Shown: piece after piece, positions 17,014-26,235 of the stretch
Position numbering within the stretch: the stretch's first letter is position 1
Layout: each line of letters begins with the position of its first letter
Assembly (NCBI GenBank): GCA_018829965.1
Contig: JAHJTG010000005.1
Span: forward strand, 148,774-212,773
DNA: 64,000 bases
Source of the DNA: Patescibacteria group bacterium
GTDB taxonomy: Bacteria > Patescibacteriota > Minisyncoccia > Minisyncoccales > Staskawiczbacteraceae
Reading direction: 5' to 3'
Position numbers and translations under genes: made by a program
Notes under the pieces: model-generated
The model's input: only the letters and a program-made list of their open reading frames with translations
Told to the model about the DNA's origin: nothing
The model's database searches: none

Positions 17014-18174
17014 TTAATTATTTACGACTGGGAAAATTACAACAATTAAAGGTAGCCATTTTTGGTTTTGGATAACTTCCCATTTTATTTGTTTCGGCCC
17101 TTCCTTATTTATATCATTTGGTGTTGGGAAAAGTTGGCAGAAACCGAAAGTTTCCTTTTCCGGATTTTTAGGTGGCTCAGCGGTAATAAATAAAACAACA
17201 TAACTACCGTCTATTTCTATCGAGCCTATGTTCTGCCCATCTAAAGTAGGTGGTTTCCTCTCTATGCATTTGTTTTTAATATCCCATTTTATGCAAACTT
17301 GTTCCTCTATCGGAACATCTTTGAATTGTAGTTCATCTAAGCTGGCAACGTAAACATTTTTTAGTTCACTATTTTTAATAGTGTACCAGCCACCATTTTT
17401 ATCGTGATATGGTTTTCTATAAAATGTTACTCCATTGCCAGTCGGGCTTTTGGTTTCTTGGTATATGGCGGCTGAAGAGGCAGAAGTATCAATATCGCTG
17501 TCGCATCCTACGGGGAATACCCACAAACAATTGCCTTGGAAATTAATTACATCGAATAATATTGCCATATAAACAGTTGATTCTGCCCAAGTTTTCTCCC
17601 ACTTGTCGACTATTTTTACTGATTTTATTTTATTTTTATAGTCCCCAAAGTCATTTATACTCGAAGTCGAATATCCGACTGGGGTAGAAAAGCAGCCAGG
17701 TTTATCATAAAAATAAACACCAGCTGGCTCTCCTTCTTCTGGTAGCTTTGGTGGCTCCTTAAGCTTTTTTTGTATTTCAAAAACGCTAAGGGCCGGATTA
17801 ATAGTCGTGGCTATTAAATATGTAAACAATATAAGAAGAAAACCCGTTAAAGCTCCCCGAAAACGATCTTTGGCAGACACCTTTAAGCTTGGGAATACAT
17901 TAGAAAGCAGATAAAAAACACCAGCGACAATTAAAGCTAAAATTGTTATCAAAAAACCAAACCATATTCCGAAATTATATAAATACAATAGAAAGGTTGG
18001 TAGTTCTGGCATATCAGAAAGAGCTTCTCCTGTCGGGAGTTCTGGGTATTTAATTTCTAACGGTAGATTTGCGGCCGAACAAAAATTAAAACAAAAAAAA
18101 GAGAAAAGGCAGATTATTAAAAACCCCCAAACAAAAATACTGCAATTTATTTTTTTAAATATATTATATTTCAT
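17014..18174 (-). CDS. T4SS-pilin-domain fusion protein 3: signal peptide, TrbC/VirB2-like two-TM pilin module and a ~250-aa extracellular domain
   Basis: Start re-set to MKYNIFKK, where ATG 18174 overlaps the upstream TAA as TAATG. The N-terminal module LEIKYPELP...LYLYNFGIWFGFLITILALIVAGVFYL...TGFLLILFTYLIATTINPAL is paralogous to the two upstream genes and to the 119-aa ORF at 43.3 kb. Confidence 0.6.
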   Translation of the reverse strand: MKYNIFKKINCSIFVWGFLIICLFSFFCFNFCSAANLPLEIKYPELPTGEALSDMPELPTFLLYLYNFGIWFGFLITILALIVAGVFYLLSNVFPSLKVSAKDRFRGALTGFLLILFTYLIATTINPALSVFEIQKKLKEPPKLPEEGEPAGVYFYDKPGCFSTPVGYSTSSINDFGDYKNKIKSVKIVDKWEKTWAESTVYMAILFDVINFQGNCLWVFPVGCDSDIDTSASSAAIYQETKSPTGNGVTFYRKPYHDKNGGWYTIKNSELKNVYVASLDELQFKDVPIEEQVCIKWDIKNKCIERKPPTLDGQNIGSIEIDGSYVVLFITAEPPKNPEKETFGFCQLFPTPNDINKEGPKQIKWEVIQNQKWLPLIVVIFPVVNN

Positions 18175-19496
18175 TAAATAGGTTTGATAGAAATTACCCA
18201 TATTTTCCCTTTAGAAATATCATTATCCCTTAGAAGCCAAGAGGTTCTTAGGGTGGTAGCAGAATTGTTTTGTTGGGAAGAATATTTGTCAAAACCCTGG
18301 CAATAATTACCATCCGTTGAACAGATATAAACTAAGTAATCGCCTTTTATATTTATAGAACCACCGCAGGAGATTTTTGGTATGTCGGCTATTTTATAAC
18401 ATAGTTCTTTTTCTTCGTCGGTTCTATCTATCCCCGTATAGTCAAATTCCGCTTCCGCAGGCCATGAAGCTCCTAACCCAAGACTAAAAGCATAATTTTT
18501 ATATATATCAGGTGGAAAGGAATATTTACCAGCTCGCGCCGCAACCTGCCAGCCGTACGGATGGCTGTAGAAATCTACTCCATCACCAGAAGTTTTGGGT
18601 TCAAGGTTTAATTGAAAAAAAGTAAAAGAAGAAGGGGAAAAGTCTAATTTGCCAGTTATTAATGGTACTTTCCCAAAATAAATTTTTGAACATTTCCCTG
18701 TTTGGTCTATCCCTTCGTGAAAAATGACTCCGTAATATGTTTTTGTTTTCTCGTCGTTTACAATTATAAAAGATTTTGTATTTTTTTTATAATCTTGATC
18801 CATCTCTGGCTGGCTTTTTAAAATTTGTTTAGAGCGATCTTTGCCCCCTACGGTGGTAAGATAAAGGCCGGGTTTTTCTTTTTCCCACATAAAAGATTTG
18901 GCGTCACTGATGGCAGTTGTTCCTCCGCATTTTAATTCAACAATCCATTGCTGTACCCAAGGGATTAGATTTGCGGTAGGAAATTTTCTAACCCATAGGG
19001 TAGGCATTATCCCCTCTAACCCTTCTGGGCATTTATATTTCAGCGTTTTAAAAACTCCTAATTTAGAGGTGTCATCTATTGATGGCGGACAGGGCGTTTC
19101 TTCAGTTCCATCTGTGAGAATAACATCAAAGTTATCTGGGAGCTCCGCAGGGTTTTTATTGGTCAGCAATGCCGGATTAATTGTTTTCATAATCAAATAA
19201 GAGGAAAATAAAAGAATTAAGCCGAAAATAGAGCCTATAATTCTTTTTCTGGCGTTACCAACCGCGTCAGGATTACCAGCCGAAGTCATCCATTGGATAG
19301 CTCCGATTACTAGGGCCAAAACAGCAATAGCTCCGCCTAGTCCGATAAAAAAATTGAATAAAACATCTCTATAATCAATTAAAGTGGGGTTGCCCGGGAG
19401 ACCAGGTATTTCTACTTCTAATTTAGCGGAACAAAAACTTCCTGCTGTTAGGAGAATAAATATGATAAACAAAAAATAGTGATAAATTTTTTTCAT
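18174..19496 (-). CDS. T4SS-pilin-domain fusion protein 2 (440 aa)
   Basis: Signal peptide, then LEVEIPGLPGNPTLIDY...FFIGLGGAIAVLALVIGAIQWMTSAGNPDAVGNARKRIIGSIFGLILLFSSYLIMKTINPALL. The C-terminal domain shares motifs with the 17.0 kb paralog (GDGVDFYSHPYGW / GNGVTFYRKPYH; GSINIKGDYLVYI / GSIEIDGSYVVLFI). Confidence 0.6.
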   Translation of the reverse strand: MKKIYHYFLFIIFILLTAGSFCSAKLEVEIPGLPGNPTLIDYRDVLFNFFIGLGGAIAVLALVIGAIQWMTSAGNPDAVGNARKRIIGSIFGLILLFSSYLIMKTINPALLTNKNPAELPDNFDVILTDGTEETPCPPSIDDTSKLGVFKTLKYKCPEGLEGIMPTLWVRKFPTANLIPWVQQWIVELKCGGTTAISDAKSFMWEKEKPGLYLTTVGGKDRSKQILKSQPEMDQDYKKNTKSFIIVNDEKTKTYYGVIFHEGIDQTGKCSKIYFGKVPLITGKLDFSPSSFTFFQLNLEPKTSGDGVDFYSHPYGWQVAARAGKYSFPPDIYKNYAFSLGLGASWPAEAEFDYTGIDRTDEEKELCYKIADIPKISCGGSINIKGDYLVYICSTDGNYCQGFDKYSSQQNNSATTLRTSWLLRDNDISKGKIWVISIKPI

Positions 19497-19497
19497 A

Positions 19498-19627
19498 CTC
19501 CGTTAGAAGTCCTTTGCGAAAAAATTATAAATAAATTTTTTCTTGGACTCATAAATAAATTATTTAATAAAATTATATTTGCCCCATTAAAATTTCCATC
19601 GTAAAATTTATCAGACTTCTAACGGGG
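19498..19627. mobile_element. MITE-like element, family C, inside the pilin operon; flanked by a CATA duplication
   Basis: CTCCGTTAGAAGT at 19498-19510 and ACTTCTAACGGGG at 19615-19627. CATA at 19494-19497 (includes the ATG of the 440-aa gene) and at 19628-19631. 130 bp. Confidence 0.7.
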
Positions 19628-19693
19628 CATAGTTTTTATATTATTTAAAATTCAAATATTTTTTAATAAAAATTATAGACCCAGAAAATCCAC

Positions 19694-22600
19694 CTACTCG
19701 TTTTTTCCAATGACCGTTGTTGTTGCTGTTGTTTCACAGCACTCCCAGTTATCCATTAAATCGCTCTTTAATATTTCACCAAGTTGTAACCCATAGCATT
19801 GGTTTTTGTATTTTTTACTGTTTATTATCACGCTCCAACTTGTGACAGGCGCAACAAAATAATCTTTCGCCATTATACAGCTTATAGCCTTCTTTCCTCC
19901 TCCAAATAAACTAGAGACAACACCGCAATCCTGCATTTTCTTTCTTGAGTAAGTCAATTTTTTTAATAGGTCAGACCTATCTCCGGACTGAACAGCCTTT
20001 TCGAATTCCTTAAGAGTTTTCGTTACTTCTTGCTGGTACAAAGCTACACCCTTATATTCTACATCTTTAGGGCACCCGGACTCTTTCTTTTTTCCACGCA
20101 GTAAATTAATAACTTTTTGGCAAGGGTTGCCCGTACAGGGACTTTTAGTGCAAAAACAAGACCAATATTTTTCTCCAGTATCAGGGTCTTCCATCTCGGC
20201 TTGTCCATACATACAATTACTCGGGCAAGCATTTTCTGTTGCAGAACACTTACTATTGCATTCGCAATAACTTGCTTCTTTTCCTATCTGTCCGATGTAG
20301 TTTATTATGTCGTCCAGTTTTTTAATAGCATTTTCAGCTATGAATTTAACCATGTTGTCAGCCCATGTTTCTACTCCATCCACTGTTTCTCCGATAGGTA
20401 TTTCTTCTCCCTTTAAACAGCGAAGAGACTGTACTGTTGCGAGTTGCGATGAGCCTTGCTCTTCTTTTATGAGTTCGTCTTTTTCTTCTTTGGTTAGCCC
20501 CTCGGCATTCTTAATGTCTTCTATTACTCCTTTATCTGGCGAGCTACTTGTTCCTGTCCCAACTTCTTTCCACCAATCAGTTCGGCAGTAAAAAGTTAAA
20601 GGGTCTTGGTTGTAAGCAGATTCTACGCAATCAGCACTACAGAAAAGAGCTTTTTCTTCAATTTGAGAACAGTTTTGATTTTGGTCTCCGCAAATTTTTT
20701 TGCACGATTTATTTTCATCAGAGTTTTTTGGATATTTTGTATCGCAAGACGCAGAACATTCGGAGCAGGTCTTTTTGCATTTTTTATTTTCATCTGGATC
20801 CTTTGGATATTTTGAATCGCAGGAGATAGAACAGCCGTCCTTGCAAGGGCATTTAGGGCAGATAGAACATGCCGAACATTTCTGACATTCGGGATTATTT
20901 TCGACGCCTTCATAAATAGGATATTTTGTATCGCAAGACTTAGAGCATTCTTCTATATCATCGTCACTGCAATCATTTTTGCATTTTTTGTTCTCTTCTT
21001 TAACTTTCGGGTCCTGATAGCAAGATTGGCATTTTTGTTGGGCTGGGTTTTTATACAGATATAAAGAAGATGACGCCCCAAGATTTTTTGAGCAATCAGG
21101 ATAACCTGCATATTGGTCTGTACAAAAAGAACAAGTAGATAATTCTATACACCTTTTAAAGCTTTCAAAATCAGATTCATCATAAGCGTCAGCGCAATTT
21201 TTAGCTGATTTAAAATTGTTACCAAAGCAATTTTCGTCTTGGTTTAGAATATATTCTGAGTCCTGAGCGCAAACATCCTTGCATGCTTGATTTTTATCCT
21301 CGCACTTTGGAGAGCTTTTATCGCAAGATGCCTTACATTTTGATGATAAGGTGTCGCAAATATTTTTACATGTTGTTCTTTCTCCGCTGGGTTTTTTATC
21401 GCACTCTTTTTTACAATTAGAAAGATTAGTATCACAGGCGCTCCCACAATCTTTGTTTTTATCCGGGCATTCGGGCGTTCCAAGTTTTGGATATTTTAAA
21501 TCACAAGATGTAGAACATTCGGACCTACATCCAGTAAAGCACTCCTGCATATTTGTAAAACCAAAACTATTACTCGCGCATTTGTAAAAATTATCTTCAA
21601 GGCATTTAAAATTATTTTTATCGCAGGCTTTTAATCCCTTAAATGATTCTGGGTTTGTTGTTGGAAAACACATTTTTCGGCAAAAGCTAAAACAGGAAGA
21701 ATCACTATAATTATAGCCTTTGCAGTATTTTGAAGAATCAACGGTTTGGTTGGTAATTGGATCTTCGAAGTCTTTTTGAATTATTATTTCCCCATATTTT
21801 ATATTTTCATTTCCCTCCGTTATTTTCCAGAAATCAACAGATGACTTCACTAAGTAGCACTTGCTGATCTCATTTTCTACTTGCTTTAAAGTATCTGAGT
21901 CAGTTTTTAAGTCCTCCTTTATTTTATTTATTTTTTCTTTAAAATACATAAGCTGTTCAATCAGCTTTAATTGGCTCCATTTGTCTTTTTGGATAATTTT
22001 TACTTTCTTTCCGTTAATCGTAATTTCTTTTTCCACAAAAGAAGAAATTTCTGTTCGCGTTGTCCTAAATTCGCTTAATCCTTTGTATGTTTTTTCGCCA
22101 CATTCTGGGCAATCAATGCTTATTTTTATTGGTCCATTCTCTATTATTCCCTTTGCCCCAACTATTTTGCCGCCCTCTATAGCACATTCTATTTTGCCTG
22201 CGTCTGTGCTGACATTAATATCCAAAATATTATTATTTTTAATGCAAATATCTGGACAAACATTTTTTGCCGGCTTTTTTTTACAGGAAGCATTAACGCA
22301 ATTCCCCGTGCAGAGAGTCGATGTTCCTATGTATTTTTCATCGCGAGGGCAACTGCCACCTTTCCATGCGCACTTACTACAATTCTGGTCGCAGTTTCCT
22401 CCGCAACTACATTTATCCATTAATTTCGCTATTTCTTCTGATAGTAAGCTAAATATCTTTGCTTTTCTTTCTACTGCGTCGTATATTTTTAAAGCGCAAT
22501 CCAATCTGTCATGGTCTTCAATGCTTGGCTCATAAATATCACCAGTTCCTAGTTTTCCGTCAATTGGGTCTCCGTTTAAATCAAACTCATAACAGTAATC

Positions 22601-23116
22601 AGATGCCCTTGATAAAGTATTTTCCGTTAAAGTCCCTATCGGTAGTTCCACATAAGTCATTTCTGATATTTTCGGTACCTCTGGAATGTCGGGTATATTA
22701 ACTGTTGGCAAGGGTATCCCCAGCAAGCTCATTTTTAAAGAAACTAAATCTTTATTTATTGTATACAAAATTAAATAAGAGCACATTAAAAGAAGTAATC
22801 CCAGAATTCCCGCTTTTACCCATTCTTTACCCGCGTTTTTAGCCGTGGGGCTCCCGAAGGATGCTAAATAGCGCAGTCCGCCGAAAGTTACTGCTAAAAG
22901 AGCTAAACTGCCGGCCAATTGCATAACAAAATTAAAGATAAAAGAAATATATTGCGGCAATGTCGGATTTTCTCCTAACCCCGGCAATATAACCTCATTT
23001 ACAGAAGCTAAAACAAAATTTCCTCCAGTTTTTACAATTGATGGAGAATATAGCGAGAGGATAACAAAAAACGAAAGAATAAAAAACAAGTATGGCTTTT
23101 TAGTTTTCATCTTCAT
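19694..23116 (-). CDS. Giant cysteine-rich T4SS-pilin-domain fusion protein 1 (1140 aa)
   Basis: The N-terminal signal and pilin module is GLGENPTLPQYISFIFNFVMQLAGSLALLAVTFGGLRYLASFGSPTAKNAGKEWVKAGILGLLLLMCSYLILYTIN. The remaining ~1000 aa are extracellular and very Cys-rich. They contain repeated C-S-x-S-C-D-x-K-Y-P modules (CSTSCDLKYPK, CSKSCDTKYPI, CSISCDSKYPK, CSASCDTKYPK). Confidence 0.6.
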   Translation of the reverse strand: MKMKTKKPYLFFILSFFVILSLYSPSIVKTGGNFVLASVNEVILPGLGENPTLPQYISFIFNFVMQLAGSLALLAVTFGGLRYLASFGSPTAKNAGKEWVKAGILGLLLLMCSYLILYTINKDLVSLKMSLLGIPLPTVNIPDIPEVPKISEMTYVELPIGTLTENTLSRASDYCYEFDLNGDPIDGKLGTGDIYEPSIEDHDRLDCALKIYDAVERKAKIFSLLSEEIAKLMDKCSCGGNCDQNCSKCAWKGGSCPRDEKYIGTSTLCTGNCVNASCKKKPAKNVCPDICIKNNNILDINVSTDAGKIECAIEGGKIVGAKGIIENGPIKISIDCPECGEKTYKGLSEFRTTRTEISSFVEKEITINGKKVKIIQKDKWSQLKLIEQLMYFKEKINKIKEDLKTDSDTLKQVENEISKCYLVKSSVDFWKITEGNENIKYGEIIIQKDFEDPITNQTVDSSKYCKGYNYSDSSCFSFCRKMCFPTTNPESFKGLKACDKNNFKCLEDNFYKCASNSFGFTNMQECFTGCRSECSTSCDLKYPKLGTPECPDKNKDCGSACDTNLSNCKKECDKKPSGERTTCKNICDTLSSKCKASCDKSSPKCEDKNQACKDVCAQDSEYILNQDENCFGNNFKSAKNCADAYDESDFESFKRCIELSTCSFCTDQYAGYPDCSKNLGASSSLYLYKNPAQQKCQSCYQDPKVKEENKKCKNDCSDDDIEECSKSCDTKYPIYEGVENNPECQKCSACSICPKCPCKDGCSISCDSKYPKDPDENKKCKKTCSECSASCDTKYPKNSDENKSCKKICGDQNQNCSQIEEKALFCSADCVESAYNQDPLTFYCRTDWWKEVGTGTSSSPDKGVIEDIKNAEGLTKEEKDELIKEEQGSSQLATVQSLRCLKGEEIPIGETVDGVETWADNMVKFIAENAIKKLDDIINYIGQIGKEASYCECNSKCSATENACPSNCMYGQAEMEDPDTGEKYWSCFCTKSPCTGNPCQKVINLLRGKKKESGCPKDVEYKGVALYQQEVTKTLKEFEKAVQSGDRSDLLKKLTYSRKKMQDCGVVSSLFGGGKKAISCIMAKDYFVAPVTSWSVIINSKKYKNQCYGLQLGEILKSDLMDNWECCETTATTTVIGKNE

Positions 23117-23130
23117 TTAGCTTTCTATTT

Positions 23131-24933
23131 TTATTCGTTAGTTTGTTCTTTGGTTTGTTTTATTTTTAATAATTCCTCTGGCGAGGTTGTGATAATTTGG
23201 TTTTCGGTAGAGCTTGCCAAAACAGTTATTGCAGCGTGTTTTTTCCCGGCAAAGAAGATTCCTTCTCCTACCGCAGACTCTAATAATAGGAATTTTTCTT
23301 GTTCGGTCAGATTGAATACTTTTTGGAGTACGTCAATAGTTGCCGGTGATTGTTTAAATAAAATTGACATTGAAGAGTTTGTAATAATCGCTTGGCCATA
23401 ATCTGATTTCATAAAATCAGCAACGTCTTGAGTAATAGTTGTGACGCCCAGCCAGTATTTTCTCGCTCTTTTTACTAGTCCGAATAAAAATGAAGCTCCT
23501 TCTAATGTTTGCATCATCCACCAAGCCTCATCAATCACTAGAATCCTTTTTTTCATTTTTGACCTGATGATATTCCAGATGTATCTCATAATAATATACA
23601 AAGCCATTGGCTTTAATGATTCCTCCATATCCCTTATACCGAAAACAACCATATTTTTATCCATTGAAATATTAGATTTTTGGTTAAAGAAATCAGCATA
23701 AGTGCCTTTGATGAATTTTTTCATCCTCTTAACTAAGGATTCGGTTCCAGACATGCTTTCTAACACTTCTGCAAAATCAGACATTAAAGGAATATTTTCC
23801 TGCCAAGTTTTTGGGTCTGATTCCGGTGTGATGTCTCGGATTGCATAAGTTTCAGTTAAAGCCTCGTCTATAATGCTGTCTTCTTCCGGGTTTAACCCGC
23901 CAAGCATTATTCTTAATAATCCAACTAAGTTGATAATATTAGACCTTAAAATATCTTCTTTGTTTTCTTTTTCATTAGGGATTGGCAAATCAAAAGGATT
24001 AAGTTGATGCGGCGAAGTTAAAGAAATTTTAAAAAATGCCCCGCCTGCCGCATCTGCTAACGCCTGGTACTCGTTTTCAGGGTCAATGACAATGATATCT
24101 ACCCCTTGCATTAAGTAACGTAAAATTTCTAATTTTATCGCGAAACTTTTTCCTGATCCGCTTTTAGCGAAGCAAACCGAGTTCGCATTTTCCAAACTAA
24201 ATCTATCAAATAAAACAAGAGAATTATTATGGCGGTTAATGCCGTAAAGAATTCCTTCATTTGAGCTCAAGTCAAAAGAAGTGAAAGGGAAAGCAGTAGA
24301 TAAGGGAGCTGTATCCATCGGGATATGAACGCCGATTAAATCCATTCCATAAGGGCTACAAGATATAAATCCCTCCCTTTGTTTATAAAGGGCTGGTTTG
24401 ATATATATTAAGCGCGATTCAAAAATAGACCTTAAGGTAAGCTCAGTGTCTTTTAATTCTTTTAGCGTGTTTTCATAGATAGTGATATATAGCCCGAAGC
24501 GGAACATTTTTTCTTGCGCAGTTTGAAGACTATCTCTTAACGCTTCAATGTTTTGGTAAGCGGCTTCTAACGCGGGGTCGCGGACTAATCCCTTTTCCTC
24601 TCTGTCTAAAAGGTCGGCAGAAACCTCGGTAACTTTTTTTCTTAACTTTTTCAGGATTAGCTCGGTGCTGATAGGGTGGATATGGAAAGAAATATCCATC
24701 GGCGTATTTAGGTTGATTACAGGAGAGAGCCAACCTGTATTTAAATATCTTGGGTAAGAAAAAATAAAAAAAGAACGAGAAAGGCGTTCTCCTAATTTAA
24801 GATGGTCTTGTTCAACTCCGATATATGGAGGAGCAATAATATCTCTTACATCAAAAGCTTCTTCTTGGAAGATTTTCTCTTCTGTTTCGTCTTTTTGTTT
24901 TTTGAAAAGTTTATTTAAGAAATCAAATTTCAT
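23131..24933 (-). CDS. VirB4/TraE/PrgJ-like type IV secretion ATPase
   Basis: 600 aa. Walker A FAKSGSGKSFAIK and Walker B RILVIDEAWWMM. The N-terminal region is like Gram-positive VirB4 homologs. Confidence 0.8.
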   Translation of the reverse strand: MKFDFLNKLFKKQKDETEEKIFQEEAFDVRDIIAPPYIGVEQDHLKLGERLSRSFFIFSYPRYLNTGWLSPVINLNTPMDISFHIHPISTELILKKLRKKVTEVSADLLDREEKGLVRDPALEAAYQNIEALRDSLQTAQEKMFRFGLYITIYENTLKELKDTELTLRSIFESRLIYIKPALYKQREGFISCSPYGMDLIGVHIPMDTAPLSTAFPFTSFDLSSNEGILYGINRHNNSLVLFDRFSLENANSVCFAKSGSGKSFAIKLEILRYLMQGVDIIVIDPENEYQALADAAGGAFFKISLTSPHQLNPFDLPIPNEKENKEDILRSNIINLVGLLRIMLGGLNPEEDSIIDEALTETYAIRDITPESDPKTWQENIPLMSDFAEVLESMSGTESLVKRMKKFIKGTYADFFNQKSNISMDKNMVVFGIRDMEESLKPMALYIIMRYIWNIIRSKMKKRILVIDEAWWMMQTLEGASFLFGLVKRARKYWLGVTTITQDVADFMKSDYGQAIITNSSMSILFKQSPATIDVLQKVFNLTEQEKFLLLESAVGEGIFFAGKKHAAITVLASSTENQIITTSPEELLKIKQTKEQTNE

Positions 24934-24938
24934 AAATT

Positions 24939-25427
24939 CCTACGAATTACGAATTAAATCGAATTACGAATAACTTCGAATTTATCATGATTTTAAATTA
25001 ATGATTCTTTTAAATTGCAGTCCTTTTTTCGTAAAATTTGCTAAAATTCCTAATTCTAATCCAGTTGCTTTTAAATAAGCATAAACTTGGTCGGTGTTAT
25101 TTTTTAGAAATTTATCCATTTTTTTAATTTCTAATATAATTTTATTTTCAATTAAAAAATCTAAGAAATACCTGCCTATCGGATTTTTATCAAAGCTAAT
25201 TTCTATTGGGACTTGTTCTTTGAATAACAAATTGGTTTCTTTTAATCTCGTGCTTACGGCTTTTTGATAATATTTTTCTTGATAACCATAGCCTAATTTA
25301 TTAGAGACATCAAACAAAATTCCTATTATTTGGTAGCTTAACTCTGGGTAGAGCAAATCTTTCCGTCTTAACTTGCTTTGTTTATTTAAATTATATTCGT
25401 AATTCGGTGACATTCGTAATTCGTAAG
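24939..25427 (-). mobile_element. Family A hairpin element in its gene-bearing form: CGAATTA-heptamer arms enclosing a GxxExxY ORF
   Basis: Left arm cctacgaattacgaattaaatcgaattacgaata (24939-). Right arm attcgtaattcggtgacattcgtaattcgtaag (-25427). These match the arms of the ~115-bp copies at 37.8, 39.0 and 42.2 kb. The ORF start codon lies inside the right arm. Confidence 0.7.
24985..25413 (-). CDS. GxxExxY family protein (PD-(D/E)XK-fold, IVS-protein type)
   Basis: 142 aa. The family motif is present as G-YQ-E-KY-Y in LGYGYQEKYYQKA, followed by DFLIENKIILEIKK (D...E-x-K). Confidence 0.7.
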   Translation of the reverse strand: MSPNYEYNLNKQSKLRRKDLLYPELSYQIIGILFDVSNKLGYGYQEKYYQKAVSTRLKETNLLFKEQVPIEISFDKNPIGRYFLDFLIENKIILEIKKMDKFLKNNTDQVYAYLKATGLELGILANFTKKGLQFKRIINLKS

Positions 25428-25431
25428 ATCG

Positions 25432-26103
25432 TTATTTTATTAATTCCGGAAGAATTTCAGGATAGTAGCCGATTTCTGCTTGTTCCGGGTGGTGGATTGA
25501 CCAAAATAATTCAATCAATTCAGCCGTAGTCAAAGGAATGGCTTCTAACCCGCATCTCCTTAATCCCATTGCCAAGAATTCCATTCTTTGCCAAAGTTGA
25601 GTTTTACATCTTTGAAAGTCGCTATCATCTATTTCTTGCGAATTTTGTTCTTCTTTTTTGCCGAATAATTTTTTTAAATCGAATCCTTTTTTAACAGCAG
25701 CTTTTATGCCCAGCGCTTCTACTAAGCTATATGGCACGACGACATAGAAATTCTTGGTCATAATAGTTTCTCCTTTGACCAGCTCTTTTATAAAGTCGTG
25801 GTAACCAGCAGTTTGCGCTTTTAAAAGTTCATTTGTTTGGTTGGCTTCTAAGTCTTTTATGCCGTCTAAATATGGTGTGATATTTATCCTTCTTGATTGG
25901 ATTATGATTTGCGCGGAAAAATCCAAGCTATTTAAAAAGCTTTGGAAGGCATAAATAATTGCTGTTTGTTCGTCTTCAGATTTCAAAGCAAAGTTTAAAG
26001 AGGAAACCATTAAAACACCCCTTATTCCTTGGTTTTTTAAAATCAGTAAACCTTCTTTAATATCTTTAACTTCTAAAAAATCTTGAGTTGATGTTTCAGG
26101 CAT
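25432..26103 (-). CDS. Conserved T4SS-cluster protein (223 aa), function unknown
   Basis: Sits between the PrgI-like and VirB4-like genes. QDFLEVKDIKEGLLILKNQGIRGVLMVSSLNFALKSEDEQ resembles proteins that accompany VirB4 in Gram-positive-type systems (recollection only). Confidence 0.45.
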   Translation of the reverse strand: MPETSTQDFLEVKDIKEGLLILKNQGIRGVLMVSSLNFALKSEDEQTAIIYAFQSFLNSLDFSAQIIIQSRRINITPYLDGIKDLEANQTNELLKAQTAGYHDFIKELVKGETIMTKNFYVVVPYSLVEALGIKAAVKKGFDLKKLFGKKEEQNSQEIDDSDFQRCKTQLWQRMEFLAMGLRRCGLEAIPLTTAELIELFWSIHHPEQAEIGYYPEILPELIK

Positions 26104-26235
26104 AAATTTATGAAATTCTAAACTCTAATATCTAAATTCTAAACAAATTTCAATTTTCTAAATCCCAAATCACAAACACGTTTGAAATTTGAGCAATTGG
26201 GATTTGTGATTTATTTAGGATCTAGGATTTTAATT
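26104..26235. repeat. Family B hairpin element (CTAAAYY-heptamer arms), empty form
   Basis: Left arm aaattctaaactctaatatctaaattctaaa...aaatcccaaatcacaaa. Right arm gggatttgtgatttatttaggatctaggatttt. It fills the intercistronic gap. Confidence 0.65.

Noticed and set aside
18175-18201. The ORF-track start at 18201 (MGNFYQTYL...) for the third pilin-fusion gene.
   Set aside because: The ATG at 18174 gives a typical signal-peptide N-terminus and forms a TAATG stop/start overlap with the upstream gene. The extension would overlap the upstream coding sequence by 28 nt.
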